From NCBI GenBank assembly GCA_000002435.2, contig CM018793.1: a stretch of DNA of 64,000 nucleotides. One strand, given 5' to 3'. Of this stretch, positions 28,142 to 36,213 are shown piece by piece (position 1 is the stretch's first letter; each line of letters starts with the position of its first letter). The notes beneath the pieces were generated by a model. The model searched no databases. It had not been told where the DNA came from and saw only the letters and a program-made list of their open reading frames with translations. The stretch is from Giardia intestinalis (taxonomy: Eukaryota). The position numbers and the translations under genes were made by a program.

Positions 28142-30459
28142 AACTGACGCACGAGACCCTGATCCGCTCGAACCCCGCGCAGATCCTCCTCCCGCGGTTC
28201 ACGGTCTCGCAGATCATGCGCAACGACCAGCAGGTCTCCTTCCGGATCTTCTTCACGGCGAACTACAACGCGTTCAAGGCCCGGGACTACCTAGTTGTCA
28301 AGTATGCCCAGCCGGACCAGGACGGTCTTCCGTTGACCGATGCGAACGGCTATGTGAAGTACTTTAAACCGGATACGGATCCGAAGATTCCTGCCAACGG
28401 ACTGGTGTTCGGCACGCTCCGGTATAACCCCGCCAACGACTCATATGACATCGACTGGACGCAAAGCACGGTTTCAGACGATCCGCAGCCGTCTGACATG
28501 CTGATACCTGAGCCCGTCGAGATTAGGGTGAAGAAGGCCAAGCAGAGCCGCATCCTAAAGTCCATCACTCCCACTGAAAAGGCGCTCTCCTCAGCCACGC
28601 TCGACTCGCGCAGCAAAACGCCCATCACAGACGAGTCTTCCAAGACAGACGATCAGCGCGAGGCTGAGGTCGTCGTCATGAACGTGGCCATCCCTGCACC
28701 CGAGTCTTATGCCCAAGTCCGCAAGGTTCACTATGAAGAATCGGTGCAGACTTACGCTTCCAGAATGGCCGACGTGCCCGACACTCCTCTTGGCACCATT
28801 GTATCATGCAATGCGCAGCTGACACCCAATGTTGATACGCCGCCCGAGAAGCAGAAACCAAAGGAGAAGAGGTATAAGCTAACGCCCCGGGGCAGGGTGG
28901 TTGCTGTGCGAAGCGATCGTCTCAACGAGCCGGCTCCGCTGTGGGTGCCAGACGGGATCAGAACGTTGCCACTCACATATGAGGGAGATGACACGGCCGA
29001 TAATCTCTTTCTTACGCCCACAAGGGTGGTTGATGGACAGAGGTTCACTTACTGGAACCCGTCTATGAAGTTCTACTTAAGGAAGTATAATGAAGACAAT
29101 GCCATGGGCAGCGACACTTCCTTCCCTCCGTCTCAATCATCGCAGGATCCGTCGTCGTCGACAACAGATGACCTTTCTAGTGAAATAATACTAGTGGCCG
29201 ATCCTACTGGGGGAGCGATTCCGTATTTCGAAAACGATGAGCAAAGAAACAAGTTTATCAAAGATCTAAGAAAGACACCAGGCGCCTATGCTAAGATACA
29301 ACGTGGTTTGAGTAAGAAAACATATGGATCTCTTGTCCAGGCTGACTATGACAACAGGGAGCATATCAGGGAGATGTTAGAGGAGTCGTCGATCGAGCGG
29401 GACATCCTCATTGACGGAAGCGTGATACATCTGGCAGATGAGCCCGATACGCCGGATTCGACGACGCAAGACAGTAGCGAAAATATCGACAGCGATAGCA
29501 GCGTCAATGTCAACGGCGATAGTAACATATCCGAGCCGCGCGGTCTGACTTCACAGTTACGTGTCGTTCACACGGCAAGCGACGTGGAAGAGATAACGGT
29601 CGACGATGAAGGCGGGATGGACGAGGATCTGGATGATGATGAGACGGTAATCGAAGATATAATTGAGGAGGAAGATGGAGAGGGTGAAGGAGTAGAAGAG
29701 AATGGAGATGACGACAACAATTTCGATGATATAGGCGGAATTACTGAACCGCCTGCTCAAGAGGATCCAGATACTCCTAACGATTTAGTGCCGCCTAATA
29801 ACCAAGATCCCGTTCTCGACCCTGAACCAGTCATACCCATGCGTGCCCACCTGCGACCGTTCAAGAGCCACTTCGAGCCGGGCTATGACACAGCAACCGG
29901 CGACTTCGTCTGGAAGGTCCGCCTTGGCTTCGATGGGGCGTTCGACTCGTTCGAGGACTATGTGCGTGTCTTTACCGATGCGATCTGCAAGCGCGTCCAA
30001 GAGGAAGCCTACATGGCCAGTCAGGGTCGCATGGTCGTCGATCCGAAGGAGATAATCGATGGCCTTGCTATGCTGGCTCAGAAGCGGCTCTACTTTCGCT
30101 CGAATCCGGGCTACGTCTATTGCTACTGGGACCATTGCTCGCCCCGCCTGCGCCGTCTTTTCCAACCGCCGCATTACTTCCGAGACCACTATAGCCGCCA
30201 CCTCTACTGGTACCTCATCTGCGGGACCGCAAACTGCACGGAGCTCAAGGACAACACGTTCCGCATCCTCATCGGCCGCCATGCATTCGTAGGACGCGCG
30301 GAAGAGATAACGATCGCCTCCCACGTCCCGATCACGATCCCCGGGAACTCCTTCTTCAACCCGATGAAGATCGAGATCAGGGACGAGAATGACGAGCTGT
30401 ACGAGCTTGAAACGCCGTACATCGTCGAGTGGACGTTCACGCCCCTGCGGGCGGCCTAG
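28138..30459 (+). CDS. Hypothetical protein (773 aa) with central acidic D/E-rich region
   Basis: Start abuts GTAAATAAAAAATG; long D/E/I tract (EDLDDDETVIEDIIEEEDGEGEG); conserved C-terminal domain. Confidence 0.45.
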   Translation: MKLTHETLIRSNPAQILLPRFTVSQIMRNDQQVSFRIFFTANYNAFKARDYLVVKYAQPDQDGLPLTDANGYVKYFKPDTDPKIPANGLVFGTLRYNPANDSYDIDWTQSTVSDDPQPSDMLIPEPVEIRVKKAKQSRILKSITPTEKALSSATLDSRSKTPITDESSKTDDQREAEVVVMNVAIPAPESYAQVRKVHYEESVQTYASRMADVPDTPLGTIVSCNAQLTPNVDTPPEKQKPKEKRYKLTPRGRVVAVRSDRLNEPAPLWVPDGIRTLPLTYEGDDTADNLFLTPTRVVDGQRFTYWNPSMKFYLRKYNEDNAMGSDTSFPPSQSSQDPSSSTTDDLSSEIILVADPTGGAIPYFENDEQRNKFIKDLRKTPGAYAKIQRGLSKKTYGSLVQADYDNREHIREMLEESSIERDILIDGSVIHLADEPDTPDSTTQDSSENIDSDSSVNVNGDSNISEPRGLTSQLRVVHTASDVEEITVDDEGGMDEDLDDDETVIEDIIEEEDGEGEGVEENGDDDNNFDDIGGITEPPAQEDPDTPNDLVPPNNQDPVLDPEPVIPMRAHLRPFKSHFEPGYDTATGDFVWKVRLGFDGAFDSFEDYVRVFTDAICKRVQEEAYMASQGRMVVDPKEIIDGLAMLAQKRLYFRSNPGYVYCYWDHCSPRLRRLFQPPHYFRDHYSRHLYWYLICGTANCTELKDNTFRILIGRHAFVGRAEEITIASHVPITIPGNSFFNPMKIEIRDENDELYELETPYIVEWTFTPLRAA

Positions 30460-30584
30460 CGTCGTTTACTTGCTGAGTAGCGACGCCTCTGCCTCGGCGC
30501 ACGCCTTGTTGAGCTTCAGGAGCGAGACGATTCCGCGGACCGCGGGCACCCTAGTAAACAGGCTCAGCACGAAGATCGTCAGCT

Positions 30585-31241
30585 CTAGTAGTAGAAGGAA
30601 TACTTTTTTCTGGCGGGCGACTTGATGCGGCGGGGCGTGTGCATCAGGCTCGACTCGATGATCGTGTTGAGGATGTGGTACTGCTGGGTGCTGTCCTCGA
30701 TGACGTGGCGCTTCAGCAGGTAGTAGCTCAGGCACGTGAAGACGACCTTGTGGCGGACCTTCGCGACCTCCTCGCGGTTCTTGCAGCTCTCCTTGTAGAT
30801 CCTCTTCGCGTGGTAGCAGAGCAGGTCGGCCATCGAGCGGATCTTCGCGTGGATGACGTCGTTGGAGAACAGGTCGTACGTCTTGAAGATGCCCGAGACG
30901 ACCTGACGGAACTCGATCATGCGCTCCTCCTGCTGGATGCGCTTCTTCGGATTCGTGTCGAGGCCCTTCAGAAACTCGGCGCCCGTGAGGGTGAGCTCCT
31001 TGAAGCTCTTGTCGTCCTCGAGGACCTGGCGGACGTTTTCGGGAATCTTCGCCACGTTCGTGTTGATATTCTCGAGCATCTGGGGGATCGAGGGCACGTT
31101 TACGAGCGTTTCCGCCCCGAGCATGGGCGATTCCTGCGGGATTACGCTCTTCGGGCGCGGCGGCGCCTGCTCCTCGTGGATGCCGGGCGTCATGACGTCG
31201 GAAAGGATAAGCATGTCCGCAGATTTAGCCGAAAACGCCAT
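30585..31241 (-). CDS. Hypothetical protein (219 aa)
   Basis: ORF 30585-31415 trimmed to Met59, whose ATG abuts GAAAAATAAAAAAATCATG. Confidence 0.4.
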   Translation of the reverse strand: MAFSAKSADMLILSDVMTPGIHEEQAPPRPKSVIPQESPMLGAETLVNVPSIPQMLENINTNVAKIPENVRQVLEDDKSFKELTLTGAEFLKGLDTNPKKRIQQEERMIEFRQVVSGIFKTYDLFSNDVIHAKIRSMADLLCYHAKRIYKESCKNREEVAKVRHKVVFTCLSYYLLKRHVIEDSTQQYHILNTIIESSLMHTPRRIKSPARKKYSFYY

Positions 31242-31449
31242 GATTTTTTTATTTTTCAGTGCAAACTGGCCGTTTTCTGCTATGTATAAACGTGCTGTTT
31301 GCGGCGCTTTGCGGCCGTTTGCAACGGATGTGTTGCGGATATGGCAGAGCGTTGGGCGGCAGCAAAATGAGCCGGCGGGTCGAGAATGCAACCAATGTGT
31401 TGCTGGGGCGCACATATGGGCGCATGGGCGGGAACGGTCATATACGGTC

Positions 31450-31495
31450 CTGTACGCACGTATATAGGGGGATATAGGGGTATATAATGTATGGT
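31450..31495. promoter_or_regulatory. Conserved module-junction motif TATAGGGGGATATAGGGGTATATAATGTA (second copy)
   Basis: Matches 11950-11995 in element A. Confidence 0.4.
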
Positions 31496-31499
31496 AGTG

Positions 31500-31850
31500 T
31501 AGGGATGTCCAAAAAACCAGGCGGCGGGATGGGCCGGGCCCGGCCGGCGGGGCGGGGCAGGCAGGTGGGCCGGTCTGGGGCGGAGTCCGCGGGCGCGGGG
31601 CGCATCGGGCGGCGGGGCAGACCCCGGGAAGGCGGGCGGCTGGCGGCCGGAGGGCGGGGCTAGGCGGGCCAGGGCGTATGGCGGGCGGGGCAGGTCCGGC
31701 CTAGGGGCGTTGTGGGCTGGGCGGCAGGGCAGGCAGGCAGGCGGGCGGACAGACAGCGGAGCGGGCGGGCAGAGAGAAAGCCAGGCGGGCGGCAAAAAGA
31801 ACCGGCCCGGGCCGAAAATGGCGGGGGCAGCGGGACTCGACACGGTATGT
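31500..31850 (+). repeat. G-rich, strand-asymmetric low-complexity tract (GGCGGGC/GGCAGG repeats), potential G-quadruplex-forming region
   Basis: ~350 bp of runs of 3-4 G on the + strand; ORFs called here (31280-31843-, 31660-32007-) are P-rich translations of the repeat. Confidence 0.6.
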
Positions 31851-32007
31851 TGGTACTGTTGATAGCCCGGCTATCCAACTGAGCCAACTGTCCCCGAGGG
31901 CCGGGGCACGAGAAACGGGATATATTACGTGTCGGCCGGCTGGGGAGAGCCCTTCGGGTCCTCTGGGTGCCATACGGCTTGAGTAAAGGAAGTATTAGGC
32001 AATTCAC

Positions 32008-32607
32008 TCAGGTAAAGCGTATCTGGCAGGTTTCCATCGCCCTGGCCCTGCAGTAGGGGCATTTGGCGTCTACACGCATTAGCAGCTCCGCGCAGGAGCT
32101 GCAGACGCACAGATGCCCGCAGGGGACGAAGGCGTGCGTGCTCTGCTTATCTAAGCAGACGCAGCACTCCCCGTCGGGCAGCTGCACCCTCTTGACGGCT
32201 TTGGGGCGGCGGCGGCGTAGGGCGGCTTGCTGTCTCCTGATTATCGTTTGAGCCTTGGCTAAATCGAAACCAAGGCTTCTCGCTGCCCCTTCCGCCCTAT
32301 CAAGCTGCTCGTAGAGCTCAGATAGGGCGGTCCCCGCCGTTGTGTATTTGGCCAGGCGCTGCTCTAAAGAGCACTTCTCTTTCCTGGCCTGCGCGCGCTC
32401 TGCCCAAAGCTTTTCGCGGAGCCTCTTCACTTTGAGGCCCCGACGCTTCGCCTGGCTGCTCGCCATTGCGAGCAGCTCTTCGGCCGATCGGAGGAGGTCC
32501 AGCTCGTCCACCGTAGTGGAATCGAGCTGGAAATCCTCGTCCGGCGTTTGTGGGAAGCCCACAAAGCCGGGGAAGCCGATCATGCAGTCAAAAGGCGGAG
32601 TAGTCAT
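32008..32607 (-). CDS. RING-finger (C3HC4) coiled-coil protein, putative E3 ubiquitin ligase (element B)
   Basis: CCVCLDKQSTHAFVPCGHLCVCSSCAELLMRVDAKCPYCRA; paralogue of 12672-13361; conserved GAGAAAAAG upstream motif. Confidence 0.65.
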   Translation of the reverse strand: MTTPPFDCMIGFPGFVGFPQTPDEDFQLDSTTVDELDLLRSAEELLAMASSQAKRRGLKVKRLREKLWAERAQARKEKCSLEQRLAKYTTAGTALSELYEQLDRAEGAARSLGFDLAKAQTIIRRQQAALRRRRPKAVKRVQLPDGECCVCLDKQSTHAFVPCGHLCVCSSCAELLMRVDAKCPYCRARAMETCQIRFT

Positions 32608-32702
32608 CTGAACGGGACTTTTTCTCTATTTGCAATTTCAATTTAAAATGCTTCTCCGACGTTTATTATCCCTATACTCGTCAATATAGTGTAAATAAGA
32701 AA

Positions 32703-33191
32703 ATGGGCAAGGTCATAAGAGCAGTAAACAGGACAAAGAAGGGCTATGTAGGCGCCCCGCGCAGCGCCCGCTCGACGGAGGTGGTAATTACGCTGCCTCC
32801 GCGCGAGTACAGGCGCCTCAGACGCAGCCTCGGGATGACCCGCCCCCCGCCCGAGTTCGCCGAGAAGGGGCGCATTATAAGACACAATAAGCCCTCCCCG
32901 GCGCGCAAACGGGCCAGGATAGCCGCCCTAGAGGCCCTGAGGGCGGCCAGGGAGGAGGAGCTCGCCCGCAAGCGCTTCCCGGAGGACAAGGAGTACATAC
33001 TGAGGATCCTCCGCAAGTGGCTGGGCGAGGCGGCGGCGCACGAGAACGCCCAGATCGTGGACTCCCGCGCCGTCTGCGGGCCGAGGGCCGTCCGCCGCAA
33101 GACCGCCGTCCGCCTCCTCCCTCTGGTGCGCCAGTGGCTGCTGGAGCCCCTCAAGGACCTCGTGGCGAGGCTTGAGGCGGCCGAGAAGTAA
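32703..33191 (+). CDS. Basic R/K-rich protein (162 aa), element B specific
   Basis: Start abuts GTAAATAAGAAAATG; pI clearly basic (RxxR/KR repeats). Confidence 0.4.
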   Translation: MGKVIRAVNRTKKGYVGAPRSARSTEVVITLPPREYRRLRRSLGMTRPPPEFAEKGRIIRHNKPSPARKRARIAALEALRAAREEELARKRFPEDKEYILRILRKWLGEAAAHENAQIVDSRAVCGPRAVRRKTAVRLLPLVRQWLLEPLKDLVARLEAAEK

Positions 33192-33201
33192 ATTGCACCG
33201 T

Positions 33202-33675
33202 TTACTCGTCGTAGCCCTCCTCGAAGAGGTCCCAGGCATGGTAGAAGCTCTCCAGGGCCGCGCACTTGTCGACGTGCTCGAGCTTGAGCGCCCGCCGCTT
33301 CTCCGGGTCGGGCTCGCGCCAGAAGGCCATCGAGCTGATCTTCTGGAAGGCCCGGAGCGCCCGGATCTGGAGGCGACCGTCCCGGGGCGAGAGGACGGCG
33401 GGGAGCAGCTTCTGGCCGAGGAGCCCCTTCCGCGCCATGTACAGCTCGATCATCTCCGCCCGCCAGCGGGTGAGGCAGCGGATCTGGCCCGCGCGGCGCG
33501 CGCTCCGCCTTCTGAACGCGCGGAGGGGGAGCCTCCCGCGCGGGCACTTATCGCAGCGCAGCCAGAACAGGTGGTCCGAGTAGAACGTGATCAGCTCCCA
33601 GAGCTTCCCCTGGGAGACGGAGGCCGGCTGGGCCAGGATCTCGGGCACGAAGCCGAAGGGAGGGAGGTAGGGCAT
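33202..33675 (-). CDS. Hypothetical protein (157 aa), paralogue of 13513-13995
   Basis: ORF 33202-34128 trimmed to Met152 (MPYLPPFGFVPEIL); shared ...WELI..Y...L..LR...... core with the A copy. Confidence 0.45.
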   Translation of the reverse strand: MPYLPPFGFVPEILAQPASVSQGKLWELITFYSDHLFWLRCDKCPRGRLPLRAFRRRSARRAGQIRCLTRWRAEMIELYMARKGLLGQKLLPAVLSPRDGRLQIRALRAFQKISSMAFWREPDPEKRRALKLEHVDKCAALESFYHAWDLFEEGYDE

Positions 33676-33775
33676 CGCCCTTTTTCTTTCCCGTCCGCAG
33701 AAGCCGATTTGAAGTGGTTTGCAACACATATGTTGCTTGGCCGTTCTGCAACACATATGCTGCCGCGAATAAATA

Positions 33776-36205
33776 ATGACGCGGCGCATCCAGTGCGGAG
33801 GCTCCAGCCTCGAGATCGACCCGCTGACCGGCGAGCTCTCCTTCGAGGACTTCCTGAACACGGCAGAGCCGCCCGAGCAGGACCCGATGCCCGTCCCGAA
33901 GATCGACGTCGGAGGATCGCTGGAGATACTTAACAGCCCGATTGTCGAGGCTATCTTCGGCGACGTCCTTGATAAGCTAGATCTTTTCAAGAAAGATGTC
34001 GACGCGTTCATTGCGATGCTCAAGCAGAAGACGAAGAACGCGATCAATTGGGGGTTAGCGTTAGTCGGCGTGACGACTGTCTCGGGCCTCATGGTCGTCA
34101 TGGTGAGAGAGATCACCATGGCCATCAAGCGCTGGCAGCGAACGAGAGAGTATCAGGACAGTCAGCAGCCAGAAGCCCAGCCGAAGATGATCTCCAAGGA
34201 GAACATGGAGAAGAAGGACGAGATCAGCGAGATTAGCGGCGAAGATGTGGAACCGCCGAGTCTCGGGGAGTACGAGGAGCAGGTGTATGACGAGAACGGC
34301 AACGCCATGTTGAATCCTGACGGCTCGCCGTTGACAAAGACAGTCGTTATCCCCCTCGATCGGGACATCTCCGACCAGTACGACCCAATTCCCGAACCCG
34401 ATGACATCTCAGAAGAGGAAGAGGAGATAGAAGAGGACGAAGTGGAAGAGGAGCCGCCCATCAAGATAACTGATGAGCTGATCAGCGATATCTTCTGGGA
34501 GTTCGACAAGCAGCCCATCCTCAACGAAGAGAACTTCGAGTTCCTCTACGACAGCGGCGTTTACATCATTCACATCCCCCACGTATATATGAAGCGTACA
34601 TGCAAGTTGGGCGGCGACTATGCGGCCTATCCCTGCAAGATGATCGAAAGCATCATCGGACCTGCCTTATGGGACAGATACGGCCATACATTCAAACTGC
34701 GCTTTCCAAACTGCTCACATCAAGTATCTGGTCCCATGGGCACTGAAATCTGTTGTAAGTGTCATATGAATGATTCAGTTCATTGGAGGATACGCGTAAT
34801 ACCGGACGATCAGCCTATATGGTATAACAACGACTGCACGTGCGGCGCTAATTGCAGTTGTCGTTGCCATACCAAGACTCCAGAGAGCGTCTTCACCGTA
34901 ACATACAATTGCGTTTTTTGGTGTGTTCCCTGTGCCACAAGATGTATCTATACCCAGTACGAATCTGACTGTTGGACTCATTACAATTTTTCCACGGATC
35001 GGGGCTTTAGATCAGAAAGTGTCGCCGATAGTAACGGTTTTAGTTCTGCATATATAATACCCGCAGGTAAAAAAATCATACGTTATGAGAGCGAAAACAA
35101 GAACTACCCATATAACTCGCGCGAGTGCTGTGACTTCTGCAAGGTGATGAAGAATTACTTTTACGAAACCGAGGGCTACAAGCTGCACCGCACCAACACA
35201 GAGGTCTACATCTTCTTCTCCCGCGGCGAGAACTCGACAATCTTCGAGAAATGCAACGACCTCTTCAATGGCTATGTGTCCCAGAAGATCCACGACCTTC
35301 TTTCAGACTGGGACGCTGGCAACAATAAGATCATGAATCGACTCAGCATCGACTGTAAGTGCGATGTGAAGCGGCCGCGCTGCACGGACGTCTTCCGAGG
35401 CCTGGGAGAGGTCCATGCTGATACCGTTGGTTTCCTAAAAGGCCATGCCCAGAAGGTCAAATGGATATACCTCCCCGACTACGATTCAAATCTCGGCTTG
35501 CCTTGGTGGTATGACGACCCGCACGACTACCAATCGATCTCGAAGGTCTGCGCATTCGAGGGCTTCCTCGAGCGCAACATCCCCGAGCACGTCATCCGCT
35601 TCTACTCTTACCGCAGACTCACAGACAAGAAGTGGTTCGGGAACCTCTACAAGCAGATCTGCGATGCGATACTCTTGGATTACCCAGACATGCCTGCGGG
35701 CATTGGGGCTGCTGCGCAGAAGTGGAAGGACTTCAACGCATGGAAAGGCATTGATAAGATGCTCAGCGACGTCGTTCCGGTTAAACAGATATATCCCGAA
35801 CAGGTTTATCCTGAGACGCGGCTCTTCACTAGCAAGCCGGCCAACTGGAACCAGCTGAAGCAGCGCGGCGCGAGTTGGACCGGCGAAGTAGAGCCAGAGC
35901 TCGCGTCCTTCAAGCGCTACCTCGACCTCCTCAACAAGTACTACCCGGGCTGGTGGGAGTTCCGGGAGACGCAGGAGCTCGGCTGGTGGGACAATTTCTG
36001 GACCCAGATACCCGACCTCAGGGACCTTGAGCGGACCTCCATCTTCTACTACGAGGACCTCACCATTGACGAGACCCACTATGAGATATACGGCGAACCT
36101 CCTTGGTGGCGCAGTTTCTGGGGGCCGACGATACGAGACAAGGCGCCCGACCCGGAGAGGCCGCGCACATACGAGGAAACAGTTGAAGTGGCAAGTCGAT
36201 ATTAG
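33776..36205 (+). CDS. Cys-rich protein with one predicted TM helix (809 aa), element B
   Basis: Paralogue of 14068-16542 (~55-60% id); TM LALVGVTTVSGLMVVMV; Cys cluster CCKCHMND...CTCGANCSCRCH. Confidence 0.6.
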   Translation: MTRRIQCGGSSLEIDPLTGELSFEDFLNTAEPPEQDPMPVPKIDVGGSLEILNSPIVEAIFGDVLDKLDLFKKDVDAFIAMLKQKTKNAINWGLALVGVTTVSGLMVVMVREITMAIKRWQRTREYQDSQQPEAQPKMISKENMEKKDEISEISGEDVEPPSLGEYEEQVYDENGNAMLNPDGSPLTKTVVIPLDRDISDQYDPIPEPDDISEEEEEIEEDEVEEEPPIKITDELISDIFWEFDKQPILNEENFEFLYDSGVYIIHIPHVYMKRTCKLGGDYAAYPCKMIESIIGPALWDRYGHTFKLRFPNCSHQVSGPMGTEICCKCHMNDSVHWRIRVIPDDQPIWYNNDCTCGANCSCRCHTKTPESVFTVTYNCVFWCVPCATRCIYTQYESDCWTHYNFSTDRGFRSESVADSNGFSSAYIIPAGKKIIRYESENKNYPYNSRECCDFCKVMKNYFYETEGYKLHRTNTEVYIFFSRGENSTIFEKCNDLFNGYVSQKIHDLLSDWDAGNNKIMNRLSIDCKCDVKRPRCTDVFRGLGEVHADTVGFLKGHAQKVKWIYLPDYDSNLGLPWWYDDPHDYQSISKVCAFEGFLERNIPEHVIRFYSYRRLTDKKWFGNLYKQICDAILLDYPDMPAGIGAAAQKWKDFNAWKGIDKMLSDVVPVKQIYPEQVYPETRLFTSKPANWNQLKQRGASWTGEVEPELASFKRYLDLLNKYYPGWWEFRETQELGWWDNFWTQIPDLRDLERTSIFYYEDLTIDETHYEIYGEPPWWRSFWGPTIRDKAPDPERPRTYEETVEVASRY

Positions 36206-36213
36206 TGAATTTA

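Noticed and set aside
31850-31990. Possible small RNA gene between the G-rich tract and the RING gene
   Set aside because: No cloverleaf or conserved box elements could be folded by eye; left unannotated.
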